A stretch of DNA of 16,266 bases from Phycisphaerae bacterium (lineage in GTDB: Bacteria > Planctomycetota > Phycisphaerae > UBA1845 > Fen-1342). A program made the translations under genes and the position numbers. Shown piece by piece: positions 6,861 through 15,460 of the stretch. Numbering within the stretch: the stretch's first letter is position 1; the number at the start of each line of letters is the position of its first letter. The stretch is taken from assembly GCA_050115495.1 (NCBI GenBank), contig JASFQK010000064.1, positions 1-16,266 on the forward strand. Reading direction: 5' to 3'. The notes beneath the pieces were generated by a model. The model made no database searches and was not told the DNA's origin. It saw only the letters and a program-made list of their open reading frames with translations.

Positions 6861-8993
6861 ATGATTCGGCGATTCCTGCTTATCATCGCGGTTCCCGTTC
6901 TGTCGGTGCTACCCGCCTGTCAGTCGGACTGTCCCTGCGGACGCCAGCCGGCCCCGGACGACGGCACACGCCTCGCGCCCGCCGACGTGCGCGCCGAGCA
7001 ATTGCGCCAGGCCATGCAAGGATTGCGCTATGACAGCGGCCTGGTCGAGGTCGACGAGACGGTGGCCGACCGTGGCGATCGGACGGCGGCGGAGGCGGCG
7101 TACGACGAGGGTCTGACCCTGCTCGAAGAGAATCGCCGCGTCGAGGCCATTGCCGCCCTGACCCGGGCGGTGCTGATGCTGCCGGAGGAGCCACGGTTCT
7201 ATGGCGGTTTGGGCCAGGCGTTGCTGCGCAAGAGCAAGGGGGCCGAGGCCCTCGCGGCCTTCCGCACGGGCGTCGAACTGGATCCCATGTCGGCCGACCT
7301 GCACTTCTGGCTGGCCGAAGGACTGAACCGGCTGGGCCATCTCGACGAAGCGCGGGCCGAGCTGACCAGGGTTCGCGAACTGGCTCCCGATCACGGAGAG
7401 GCCGCCAGTCGGATGGCGATTCTGGACTACTACGCGGGCGACAACGAGCGTGCCTGGGTGAACGTTCGGGCGGCGGAGGCGGCCGGCTACGAGGTGCCGC
7501 CGCAGTTCCTGCTGCTGCTGCGCGGCGAGATGCCGCAGGTGGTGGCGAAGGGGAGCCGGGAGGCAGTTATCGGGCCTCAGGTCCGGATGGACATCGCCGG
7601 CGGTACCGCCGCTGCCAATGAGACCACGATGGCCTCCACGCCCGTCCGGCCGCTCGAGGTCGTTGGGGCCTGGAATGACTGGCGGGATTCCTATGGCACT
7701 ACCGAGCTGGTCCGTGTCGGCGTGGCTGTCAGCCTCGACGGCGGCGAGACGTGGACCGACTTCCTCGTCCGCCCGCCGGTGGCGAACCGCTCCACCGTCG
7801 AGGGCGACCCGATGACGTGCTACGACAACCGCACGGGGACGCTTTGGGTGGGGGGCATTTCCTTCACGGCGTCCGCCGGCAACAGCGGCCTGTTCGTGGC
7901 CCGGCAGACGCCCGGGACCACGAGCTTCGAGCCGTCCATCATGGCGCACACGTCGTACTCGCCGGACAAGGGGTGGATGGCCGCCGGCCCGGCACCCGCG
8001 ATGCAGGACCAGACGCGTGTATACATCGCGTACAACGAGGGGGCGTTGCGCTCGACGGACATGGGCGCTACCTGGGCCGGACCCGTATCTCTGGGCAGCG
8101 GCCTCGGCTTCCTGCCGCGCGTCGGCCCCGGCGGCGAACTCTACGTCTCGTACTTCGACTGGGGCTACGGTGTGAAGCTCAAGCGCAGCCTCAACGGCGG
8201 TGTGTCTTTCACGACGCACACCATCGCCACCCGCCTCGACACCTGGGAAAGCTATGAGGGCGGTCGCTTCCCCGGCACCTTCCGCGTCCCAATCATGCAC
8301 TACCTGGCCGTCGACCCCAATGACGGCACGCTCTACTGCGTCTACTTCGACACCACCAACATCGTCGCCGGCAACTACAACGTCGACCTCTACTTCTCGA
8401 AGTCGACGGACCGGGGCAGCACGTGGACGACGCCCGTCATCATCAGCACCGACGGCGTGCCGCCCGGCGATCAGTTCTGGCCATGGCTCGAAGTCGATCA
8501 GTCGGGCCGCATCCATATGGTCTATTACGATTCCCGCCGAACGCTGCAGAACGACGGCGCCGTTCACGGCTACTTCGACGCGTGCTACATGACCAGTGAC
8601 GACGGCGGGGCGACCTGGGACAACTACTGGCTCACGCCGGCACCGTTCGACAGCAACGACGACGGCCTCGATCGCCCGTCGCAGTTCCTCGGCGACTATC
8701 TCGGCCTCGGCCTCGGCGGCGACCGCGTGTACCCCTGCTACCTGTCGACGCAGAACGGCGACGCCGACATCTTCACGAATGTGATAGTCTTCAGCTCGGC
8801 GGGCGACGTGAACGGCGACGGGGCGGTGGACAACTTCGACATCGCCGCGTTCGTGTACGCGATCAACCACAGCGAGGCGGAGTTCCTCGACGCCTATCCG
8901 GAGGGCTGCTACACCTGCGCTGATGTGAATGGCGACGGCGCCGTGGACAACTTCGACATCGGCCCGTTCGTATCGCTGATCGCGGGGAAGTAG
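6861..8993 (+). CDS. Secreted/lipoprotein: TPR repeats + BNR/Asp-box (sialidase-like) beta-propeller + C-terminal dockerin-like domain, 710 aa
   Basis: GGAGA RBS, then MIRRFLLIIAVPVLSVLPA-C (lipobox-like); about 4 TPR motifs; Asp-boxes SLDGGETW, STDMGATW, SLNGGVSF, STDRGSTW, SDDGGATW; duplicated DVNGDGAVDNFDI (8802-8990). Confidence 0.85.
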   Translation: MIRRFLLIIAVPVLSVLPACQSDCPCGRQPAPDDGTRLAPADVRAEQLRQAMQGLRYDSGLVEVDETVADRGDRTAAEAAYDEGLTLLEENRRVEAIAALTRAVLMLPEEPRFYGGLGQALLRKSKGAEALAAFRTGVELDPMSADLHFWLAEGLNRLGHLDEARAELTRVRELAPDHGEAASRMAILDYYAGDNERAWVNVRAAEAAGYEVPPQFLLLLRGEMPQVVAKGSREAVIGPQVRMDIAGGTAAANETTMASTPVRPLEVVGAWNDWRDSYGTTELVRVGVAVSLDGGETWTDFLVRPPVANRSTVEGDPMTCYDNRTGTLWVGGISFTASAGNSGLFVARQTPGTTSFEPSIMAHTSYSPDKGWMAAGPAPAMQDQTRVYIAYNEGALRSTDMGATWAGPVSLGSGLGFLPRVGPGGELYVSYFDWGYGVKLKRSLNGGVSFTTHTIATRLDTWESYEGGRFPGTFRVPIMHYLAVDPNDGTLYCVYFDTTNIVAGNYNVDLYFSKSTDRGSTWTTPVIISTDGVPPGDQFWPWLEVDQSGRIHMVYYDSRRTLQNDGAVHGYFDACYMTSDDGGATWDNYWLTPAPFDSNDDGLDRPSQFLGDYLGLGLGGDRVYPCYLSTQNGDADIFTNVIVFSSAGDVNGDGAVDNFDIAAFVYAINHSEAEFLDAYPEGCYTCADVNGDGAVDNFDIGPFVSLIAGK

Positions 8994-9030
8994 TCGGCGG
9001 TCTTTGGTCGTCGTCGCCCGCGCCGGGGGC

Positions 9031-10014
9031 TCAGCGTTGCGGATAGACGCCCTCGGCGCGGAGCTGCTCGCGATACTCCACGAGCGCGTAGATCGCCAGG
9101 AGGGTTGTGTGCGGGTGGCTGACGCCGTCGCCGCGGAGGCCGAGCATTTGCTGCACCAGACGCCACTCGTCCGGCGGAAACGTCCAGCCGCCGTCGCGAT
9201 TCTGTGTCAGGATGATGCGCTCGATCCAACGCGGGCGGATGGCCGGGCCATCGGGCATATAGAGCCACAATGCGACCCGCTCGTTGTACAGGTCGCTGGG
9301 TCGGGCGTCCCAGGTTTGCCCGCGCAGGAGCCGCTGCGAGACGCGCGGAATGAGCTGTGCCACGTGATCTCGCTCGGCGATGTCCGGGGCGATCTCACGC
9401 AGCCACAGATAACAAGCCAGCGCGTGAGTCAAATCGTAGCCCGAGACGAGCTGATCGGTGTCGCCGAAGAGACGGGCACGATCTCGCTCTGATAGCGACA
9501 CGTTCCGGGGATACAGGGCGTATACCAGCCAGAGCGAGTACGGGCTGTCCGACGGCTGGTACATCGCCCGACGCAGACCTTGCCACTCCTCGGGGCGGAA
9601 CTCCGGCGGCGGCCAACCCGGCAGGCCGGCAAACGCACGCCACGTCCAGTTGTCAGCGTTTGCTACCCGCGCCACGTCCATTTGGGCACGCAGGCCGGCG
9701 TGCTCCTCTCGCGCCAACACGTGCTCGAGAAACCAATGGTGGACACGATGTTCGCCGCCGTAGTCGAACGGCTTGGCGAAGGCCTGCGTTTCGTAGAGAT
9801 GGTCCAGGCCCCGCCGAATGGACTCGTCGATGTGGGCGGCGATCCAATCCTGCCCGCACCAGCTCCAGTTGTTGAACGCGTAGTAGTAGAGGACGAGGCC
9901 GCCGGTTAAAGGCAGGGCGAGCAGTGCCCACAGCCAACGCCGGCGGCGGCGCCGCTTTGTCTTTTCGCCGGCTGCGCTACCGGCGGACGCCTGTTCCGGC
10001 AGTACCGCCTCCAC
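9031..10014 (-). CDS. Membrane-anchored hypothetical protein with prenyltransferase/terpene-cyclase-like QW motif
   Basis: KTKRRRRRR followed by a TM helix; C-terminal YDLTH, DLYNE, ILTQNRDGGW, HPHTT motifs. GTG start at 10014 with GGAGA RBS preferred over 10059. Confidence 0.7.
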   Translation of the reverse strand: MEAVLPEQASAGSAAGEKTKRRRRRRWLWALLALPLTGGLVLYYYAFNNWSWCGQDWIAAHIDESIRRGLDHLYETQAFAKPFDYGGEHRVHHWFLEHVLAREEHAGLRAQMDVARVANADNWTWRAFAGLPGWPPPEFRPEEWQGLRRAMYQPSDSPYSLWLVYALYPRNVSLSERDRARLFGDTDQLVSGYDLTHALACYLWLREIAPDIAERDHVAQLIPRVSQRLLRGQTWDARPSDLYNERVALWLYMPDGPAIRPRWIERIILTQNRDGGWTFPPDEWRLVQQMLGLRGDGVSHPHTTLLAIYALVEYREQLRAEGVYPQR

Positions 10015-10193
10015 CCGACATCTCCCCTGTGAAGTGGCCCGGCTTCGCGGTCGGGACATGCGAAGCCACTGTACCGCGCCGACTCGCGCGGTGTTGTCGC
10101 ACGCCGAGGGGACGTGGACTGCGCTGGCGGTGCGGACGTCGGCTCGTTTGTGGCGCTGCTCGGCGGGGCTGGCCGAACGGTGTAGGAGATGTG

Positions 10194-10288
10194 TGGTATT
10201 ATCGGGCGTCGGACGGCAGGCGCTGTTGCTGGTCCCGCCGAACCTGGCACCGGACAGGGGTGTAAGCGGAAATCGTGACGGCTATAAT
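10194..10288 (+). promoter_or_regulatory. Two candidate -10 elements upstream of the C1 protease
   Basis: Extended -10 TG-G-TATTAT (10194-10202) and TATAAT (10283-10288) in GC-rich context; no good -35. Confidence 0.45.
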
Positions 10289-10398
10289 GGATGCAGGTGC
10301 CGGCAGCCCCCCGGTGGGCGGGGTGCCGGGCGCCAACGAACGCCGCGCAAGGCGGCGGGGTGGCATCCCTTGTGCCGCCAGAAAGGAGTGCGCTGGGC

Positions 10399-12414
10399 AT
10401 GGGTCGCTGGAATTCCTCTACACGACGTGCTTCCCTTCATCTTTTTCGGGCTCTCATTGTCGGGTTCCTGTGCGGGGTCTGGGCTGGGCCGGCCCTGGCG
10501 CAGATGACGCCGGCGGACATTGCCGAGTTGCAGGATCGCGCCGCTGCCGAGGGCTGGACCTTCACCGTCGGCGAGAACGACGCCACGCAGTATGCGCTCG
10601 AAGACCTCTGCGGGTTCATTCCCGACAGCTACGTCGGCGAGATCCCCATGGAGGAGTTCGACTCATCGCGCAGTCTGCCGGCGGCGTATGACTGGCGGAA
10701 CGAGGTGGGCCTGGTACCCGTCCGCCATCAGGGTGGCTGCGGAAGCTGCTGGGCTTTCTCCACCGTCGGCGCCCTCGAATACAACATCCTTATCCACGAC
10801 GGCTACGTCGTGGATCTCTCCGAGCAGTGGCTGGTGAGCTGCAACAGCGACGAATGGGGTTGCGGCGGCGGCTGGTACGGACACGACTACCACCAGTGGA
10901 AGCCGGATCCGTGCGGCGACTTCGGCGCTGTGCCCGAGGAGGCCTTCCCGTACCAGGCTGCAGAAGTGCCCTGCGATTGTCCGTACGAGCACTCGTACTG
11001 GATCGCGTCGTGGGGGTCGATCCAGGCGAACGTCACCGCCATGAAGCAGGCCATTCTGAAGTATGGTCCGATCAGCGTGGCGGTGGCGACGGATGGGCCG
11101 TTCCATGCGTATACGGGCGGCGTGTTCAATTCGTGCGCGGCGACCGAGATCAACCACGCGGTCGTGCTCGTCGGCTGGGATGACAACCAGGGTCCCGGCG
11201 GCGTGTGGATCATGCGGAACTCGTGGGGCCCGGGCTGGGGTGAGGGTGGCTACATGCGCATCCCGTACGGGTGCAACCGCATCGGCTACAACCCCACGTT
11301 CATCAAGTATTACGGCCCGCAGAACATCGGCTTCGAGTATCCCGACGGTCTGCCGCAGTTGGCCATCCCCGGTGAGCCGACCACGTTCCGGGTCAACGTC
11401 GTGCCCGCCCCGGAGGAGCCGCTGCCCGGTACCGGCCGGTTGCACTACTCGATCAACGGCGGTGCGTTCCAGGAAGTGGCCATGACCGAGCTGGAGCCGA
11501 ACCAGTACCTCGTCGAGCTGCCGGCGCTGCCGTGCCTCGGCCGGGTCAACTGGTACGTCAGCGCGGAGCAGCCGCCGGGCGCCCGCCGGTACGACCCGTG
11601 GTCCGCGCCGATGGTGAACGACAGCCGCGGGCTGGTGGCGGCCGTCGACCGCGTGGTCATGATGAACGAGGAGTTCGAGGAGCCTGACAACTGGACCGTG
11701 CTCTCCGGTGCGTCGAGCGGGAACTGGGAACGTGGTGTGCCGGAGCCGGTCGAGTACTGGGATGAGGAGCTCCTGCAGCACGTCGAGGTGCAGCCGGACG
11801 GCGATCACTCGCCCGATGGCACGCAGTGCTACGTGACCGGTGCCTGGGCCGGGTGGGACGAATGGACCAACGAGGTTGACGGCGGGCCGACCGATCTTAT
11901 CTCGCCAGAGTTCAACCTCCTCGGCCAGGACGCCCGCGTTAGCTACTGGCGCTACTACCACGGCACCGGCGCCATGGATTACCTCGAGGTGTCGGCGTAC
12001 AACTCGGTCGAGCGCGGGTGGGTCACGGTAGAGCTCGTGCAGCAGTCGGAAGGCTGGACGTACGTCGAATGGAACGTCAGCGACTACGTGACGCCTTCGT
12101 CGCACACCAAGGTCTGCTTCCGCGTCGTGGACTTCTCGCCGGATTCGGTCGTCGAGGCGCTCGTCGATGACTTCCGGGTCGACGTCCTGCTGTGCGAACT
12201 GGGGCATGCGATCGGCGACATGAACTGCGACGGCGTCGTGAACAACTTCGACATCGCCCCGTTCGTGAAGGCCCTGACCGGCACGCCGCCGAACTTCCCC
12301 GAGTACTACGACCAGTTCCCGGACTGCAACCACCGGCTGGCGGATGCGAACGGCGACGGCGAGGTGAATAACTTCGACATCGGGCCGTTTGTGGAGCTGC
12401 TGACGAGGCAGTAG
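10399..12414 (+). CDS. Secreted papain-family (C1A) cysteine peptidase with beta-sandwich domains and C-terminal dockerin-like domain, 671 aa
   Basis: AAAGGAG RBS before ATG 10399; signal peptide ending ALA-Q; catalytic QGGCGSCWAF, INHAVVLVGW, WIMRNSWG; dockerin GDMNCDGVVNNFDI...ADANGDGEVNNFDIGPFV (12214-12411). Confidence 0.92.
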   Translation: MGRWNSSTRRASLHLFRALIVGFLCGVWAGPALAQMTPADIAELQDRAAAEGWTFTVGENDATQYALEDLCGFIPDSYVGEIPMEEFDSSRSLPAAYDWRNEVGLVPVRHQGGCGSCWAFSTVGALEYNILIHDGYVVDLSEQWLVSCNSDEWGCGGGWYGHDYHQWKPDPCGDFGAVPEEAFPYQAAEVPCDCPYEHSYWIASWGSIQANVTAMKQAILKYGPISVAVATDGPFHAYTGGVFNSCAATEINHAVVLVGWDDNQGPGGVWIMRNSWGPGWGEGGYMRIPYGCNRIGYNPTFIKYYGPQNIGFEYPDGLPQLAIPGEPTTFRVNVVPAPEEPLPGTGRLHYSINGGAFQEVAMTELEPNQYLVELPALPCLGRVNWYVSAEQPPGARRYDPWSAPMVNDSRGLVAAVDRVVMMNEEFEEPDNWTVLSGASSGNWERGVPEPVEYWDEELLQHVEVQPDGDHSPDGTQCYVTGAWAGWDEWTNEVDGGPTDLISPEFNLLGQDARVSYWRYYHGTGAMDYLEVSAYNSVERGWVTVELVQQSEGWTYVEWNVSDYVTPSSHTKVCFRVVDFSPDSVVEALVDDFRVDVLLCELGHAIGDMNCDGVVNNFDIAPFVKALTGTPPNFPEYYDQFPDCNHRLADANGDGEVNNFDIGPFVELLTRQ

Positions 12415-12422
12415 GGGGGCGG

Positions 12423-12455
12423 GAAGTCAGGAGTCAGGAGACAAAAGTCAGAAGT
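12423..12455. repeat. Heptamer tandem repeat, same family as 1157-1202
   Basis: GAAGTCA GGAGTCA GGAGACA AAAGTCA GAAGT. Confidence 0.85.
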
Positions 12456-12484
12456 TGCCCGTTCGGGGCGTTCCTGGCGGTCGA

Positions 12485-12510
12485 CGTCGGCCACGGGGGG
12501 CCGGCGCTAC
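12485..12510 (-). repeat. GTAG-type REP-like hairpin, copy 5
   Basis: CGTCGGCC-ACGGGG-GGCCGGCG-CTAC, one substitution from the copy at 1495-1520. Confidence 0.8.
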
Positions 12511-12533
12511 ACGTCCGGTGCGGGGCTTGGACG

Positions 12534-13181
12534 CTATGGTAGGGCGCGGGCGGTGGTGAGGAAGTCGGCTACGAGTTGGGGGGCCTTTACGCCGGGGGAG
12601 GTCTCGACGCCGCGGGCGACGTCGACGCCGGTGTAGTCGCCGGCTCGCACCGCTGTGGCGAGGTTCTCACACGTCAGGCCGCCGGCGCACCACACTTCGT
12701 GAGCCAGGGCGTGGCATCGCCGGGAGACCTCGCCCAGCGTAGCGAAGCCCGGGTGCGGTCCGCCTTTCGGGGCGTCGAGCAGCACCGCCGCGAAGGTCAC
12801 GTTGGCCTGCTTCGCCTCTTCCAGGTAGCGGCACAGCTCGTCGGCGGTTTCCACGCCGGCGACGGACCACGCTCGGATGATTCGCAGGTTGGGGAGTTGG
12901 GCCTGTAGCTCGGCCGCGTACGAGACTGGTTCCCGCCCGTGCAGTTGGACGTAGCCGAAGGGGCCCGCGGCGGCCTCGTCGACGACGTCCGCCAGCGGCG
13001 CGTCACGGAAGACGAGGACGGCCGCCGTCGCCGGCGGGAGTTCGCCGAGGATTTGCCGGGCTGTCTCCGGCGTGACCTGTCGTTGGCCGGCGGCGCGAAT
13101 CAGACCCACGAAGTCGGCGCCGCAGCGGGCGGCGAGCAGGGCGTCGTCACGCCTCGTGATGCCGCAGATCTTCACACGCAT
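12534..13181 (-). CDS. trpF: Phosphoribosylanthranilate isomerase
   Basis: MRVKICGITR..DA, GADFVG, VQLHG.E, AGGLT.EN, GVDVARGVETSPGVK motifs; 215 aa from the ATG at 13181. Confidence 0.95.
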   Translation of the reverse strand: MRVKICGITRRDDALLAARCGADFVGLIRAAGQRQVTPETARQILGELPPATAAVLVFRDAPLADVVDEAAAGPFGYVQLHGREPVSYAAELQAQLPNLRIIRAWSVAGVETADELCRYLEEAKQANVTFAAVLLDAPKGGPHPGFATLGEVSRRCHALAHEVWCAGGLTCENLATAVRAGDYTGVDVARGVETSPGVKAPQLVADFLTTARALP

Positions 13182-13230
13182 CGTGCAACCCTCATCCCGG
13201 TCGCCGGGCATTTCCCGTATTATTCACGCC

Positions 13231-14724
13231 ATGTTCCTCGTCGTCATCGTTATTTTGTCGCTCGTGCTGGCTTTCACCGGGCCGGTGTACCGCTGGGTCA
13301 CCACGCCCGGGCTGGTCGTGCTCGCCGCCGCCGGGGCCATATTGGTGCCGGCGTTGCTGGCAGCGCTGACGGCCCGCCGATCGCTGCGGCTGCTCGAACA
13401 ACATGTTACCGAGCCGAGCCACGGTCAGGCGGCCCTTGGCCGCGGGAGCATGTTCGTGCAGGGGGCGCTGGTGATCGGCCATGCGGCGTTGCTGCTTGTC
13501 ACGGACTGGTCGACGCTGTGCCTGCAAACGCCGGTCGTTGGCGATTGGCCGGTCGTGCCGGCGATATTGACGACGATACCGCTGATTGTGTCGCTCATCC
13601 TCGTGTGGGCGGCCACGTATCCGGCGGATCGGGCCGTGCGGCAGATCGCCCTCGAAGTGTACATCATGCGCGGGCGGCCGGTGCGGCCGGTGTGGTCGTT
13701 CGGGCAATACCTCGTGTACAACCTGCGGCACCAGCTTCTGTTCGTGCTGATTCCCATGCTGCTGATCGTGGCGGCCCGCGATGTGATCTACATGTATCAG
13801 CAGGCGCTGCGGCGGTTCGCCGGTCATGATTACTTCCCCGACGTGCTGCTGGGGGCGGCGGCGGTGGTGGTGGCGGTGATCGCTCCGGAGATCCTGCGGC
13901 ACGTCTGGGCGACGCAGCGTCTGCCCAAGGGGCCACTCCGCGACCGGCTGCAAAGCCTCTGTCGCCGGCTTGGCGTTCGGTATCGCGAGATCCTGGTGTG
14001 GAAGGCGGGCGGCGTCATCGTCAACGCCGCGGTGATGGGGGTCGTTGCTCCGCTGCGTTACATCCTGATCACCGACGGCATGCTGGAGCAGCTCGACGAT
14101 ACGCGGATCGAGGCCGTCTTCGGCCACGAGGCCGGCCACGTCAAACGTCACCATATCCTGTATTTCCTGCTGTTCGCTCTGATCAGCGGGTGTGCGGTGA
14201 CGATCTTCTCCATCCAGACCCGCCACCTGAACGAGAACGAGGCCCAGTACCAGGTCCTCGCGGCCGCCCTCGGCGTGGCGTTGCTCATCAAGTGGGGCGT
14301 GGTTTTCGGGTGGATCTCCCGGCGGTTCGAGCGACAGGCCGACATCTTCGGCGTGCGGACGCTGGCGATCAGCGGGCTGCCGTGCACGATGCCGTGCGCC
14401 CTGCACCATACCCTGTCCGACGGTCCGCCCCCGGCCGGCGGCGACCCGCTGTGCGCTACGGCGGCCCACGTCTTCGGCGAGACGCTGAACGAGGTGGCGG
14501 TGCTGAACGGGATCGCCCCGGAACGCGGAAGCTGGCGGCACGGTTCCATCAGCCGCCGCAGCCGGCTCGTGCAGCGGTTGGCCCGTGATCCGCGGGCGAC
14601 CGCCCGTAGCGAACGCACGGTCCGCATCGTCAAGGTGATTATCTTCATCGGTGCGCTGGTCGGCTCGGCGTGGGCGGCGTGGGACCTGCAACTCTGGAAA
14701 CTGATTCAGGCGTGGAGCGGCTGA
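13231..14724 (+). CDS. M48-family (Ste24/HtpX-like) membrane zinc metallopeptidase
   Basis: Multiple TM segments, NAAVMG, EAVFGHEAGH (HExxH), SRRFERQAD third ligand; start MFLVVIV at 13231. Confidence 0.92.
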   Translation: MFLVVIVILSLVLAFTGPVYRWVTTPGLVVLAAAGAILVPALLAALTARRSLRLLEQHVTEPSHGQAALGRGSMFVQGALVIGHAALLLVTDWSTLCLQTPVVGDWPVVPAILTTIPLIVSLILVWAATYPADRAVRQIALEVYIMRGRPVRPVWSFGQYLVYNLRHQLLFVLIPMLLIVAARDVIYMYQQALRRFAGHDYFPDVLLGAAAVVVAVIAPEILRHVWATQRLPKGPLRDRLQSLCRRLGVRYREILVWKAGGVIVNAAVMGVVAPLRYILITDGMLEQLDDTRIEAVFGHEAGHVKRHHILYFLLFALISGCAVTIFSIQTRHLNENEAQYQVLAAALGVALLIKWGVVFGWISRRFERQADIFGVRTLAISGLPCTMPCALHHTLSDGPPPAGGDPLCATAAHVFGETLNEVAVLNGIAPERGSWRHGSISRRSRLVQRLARDPRATARSERTVRIVKVIIFIGALVGSAWAAWDLQLWKLIQAWSG

Positions 14725-14753
14725 AAGCGGCGGCAGGGGGGTGGCAGACTTCT

Positions 14754-14833
14754 GAGAAAGGGGACAGGCACCTCGCATCATGCGGTTGCCGGCCGCGTGC
14801 GAGACCTTCGGCTTGGAGCCAGTCCCTTTTTTC
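14754..14833. repeat. 80-bp imperfect inverted-repeat element (AAAGGGGACAGGCACC...GGAGCCAGTCCCTTTT) between convergent genes
   Basis: Terminal 19-mers are imperfect IRs with an internal hairpin TCGCA..TGCGG/CCGCG-TGCGA; may also act as a terminator. Confidence 0.7.
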
Positions 14834-14866
14834 GACGGTCGGCTAGACGTCGTCTTCCGGATCGAC

Positions 14867-15406
14867 CTACCGGCCACCGCCGAAAAGCCGTGCCAGGAAG
14901 CCGAGGTTGAGCATGCTGCCGCGACCGCCGTACCGGCTCGCCTCCACGGCGTTGTCGACCTGGTCGCGCAGTTCCGCCTGCCGCGACTGCCAACGGGCGT
15001 CGAGCTGGGCCATCCGGACGGCCCGCTGGGCCTCTTCCGAGTCGGGGTTGTCCTGGACGTACTCCCAGTAGATCTGGCACTTTTCGAGCTCGCCGCGATC
15101 GAGCCAGATGCCGTTGCACTTGGGGCAGCGGTCGATCTGAATCTCGGGCCAGTGCTTGAACTGCTCCTTGACCATGGCCTTGCCGCAGGTCAGGCACCAC
15201 AGCTCCTGCGTCGAGTTTGACGCGTCGGCGATCTCGATCATCTTCCGCTTGACCGGCTCCGGCATTACGACTTCGCGGCGGACGACGATGGTCTGGAGCT
15301 TGGCACGGTCCAGCCAGTGCCCGCCACACGTGCCGCAGTTGTAGATCGGCACGCCTTCGTACTTGATCAGGTCGGTCCGCGTCTTGCAGATGGGGCAGTG
15401 CGGCAT
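14867..15406 (-). CDS. Tandem zf-TFIIB zinc-ribbon domain protein, 179 aa
   Basis: GGAGG RBS; CPIC...CGTCGGHWLD..KL and CLTC...IDRCPKCNGIWLDRGELEK; coiled-coil-like tail ending GFLARLFG. Confidence 0.88.
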   Translation of the reverse strand: MPHCPICKTRTDLIKYEGVPIYNCGTCGGHWLDRAKLQTIVVRREVVMPEPVKRKMIEIADASNSTQELWCLTCGKAMVKEQFKHWPEIQIDRCPKCNGIWLDRGELEKCQIYWEYVQDNPDSEEAQRAVRMAQLDARWQSRQAELRDQVDNAVEASRYGGRGSMLNLGFLARLFGGGR

Positions 15407-15460
15407 GGCCGTCCCTCCCGGGAAATCTGGGTTCGCCTGTATCTTACCCGAGATCGCGGC

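Noticed and set aside
10289..10390. c-di-GMP-I or other known riboswitch
   Set aside because: Has a GNRA-type hairpin but lacks the GGCAAAC...GACGCAAAG pattern; no known family recognised.
4001..14877. Long antisense ORFs 4001..6148, 6909..8870, 10663..12333, 13192..14877
   Set aside because: Shadow frames opposite well-supported genes, caused by GC-rich codon bias.
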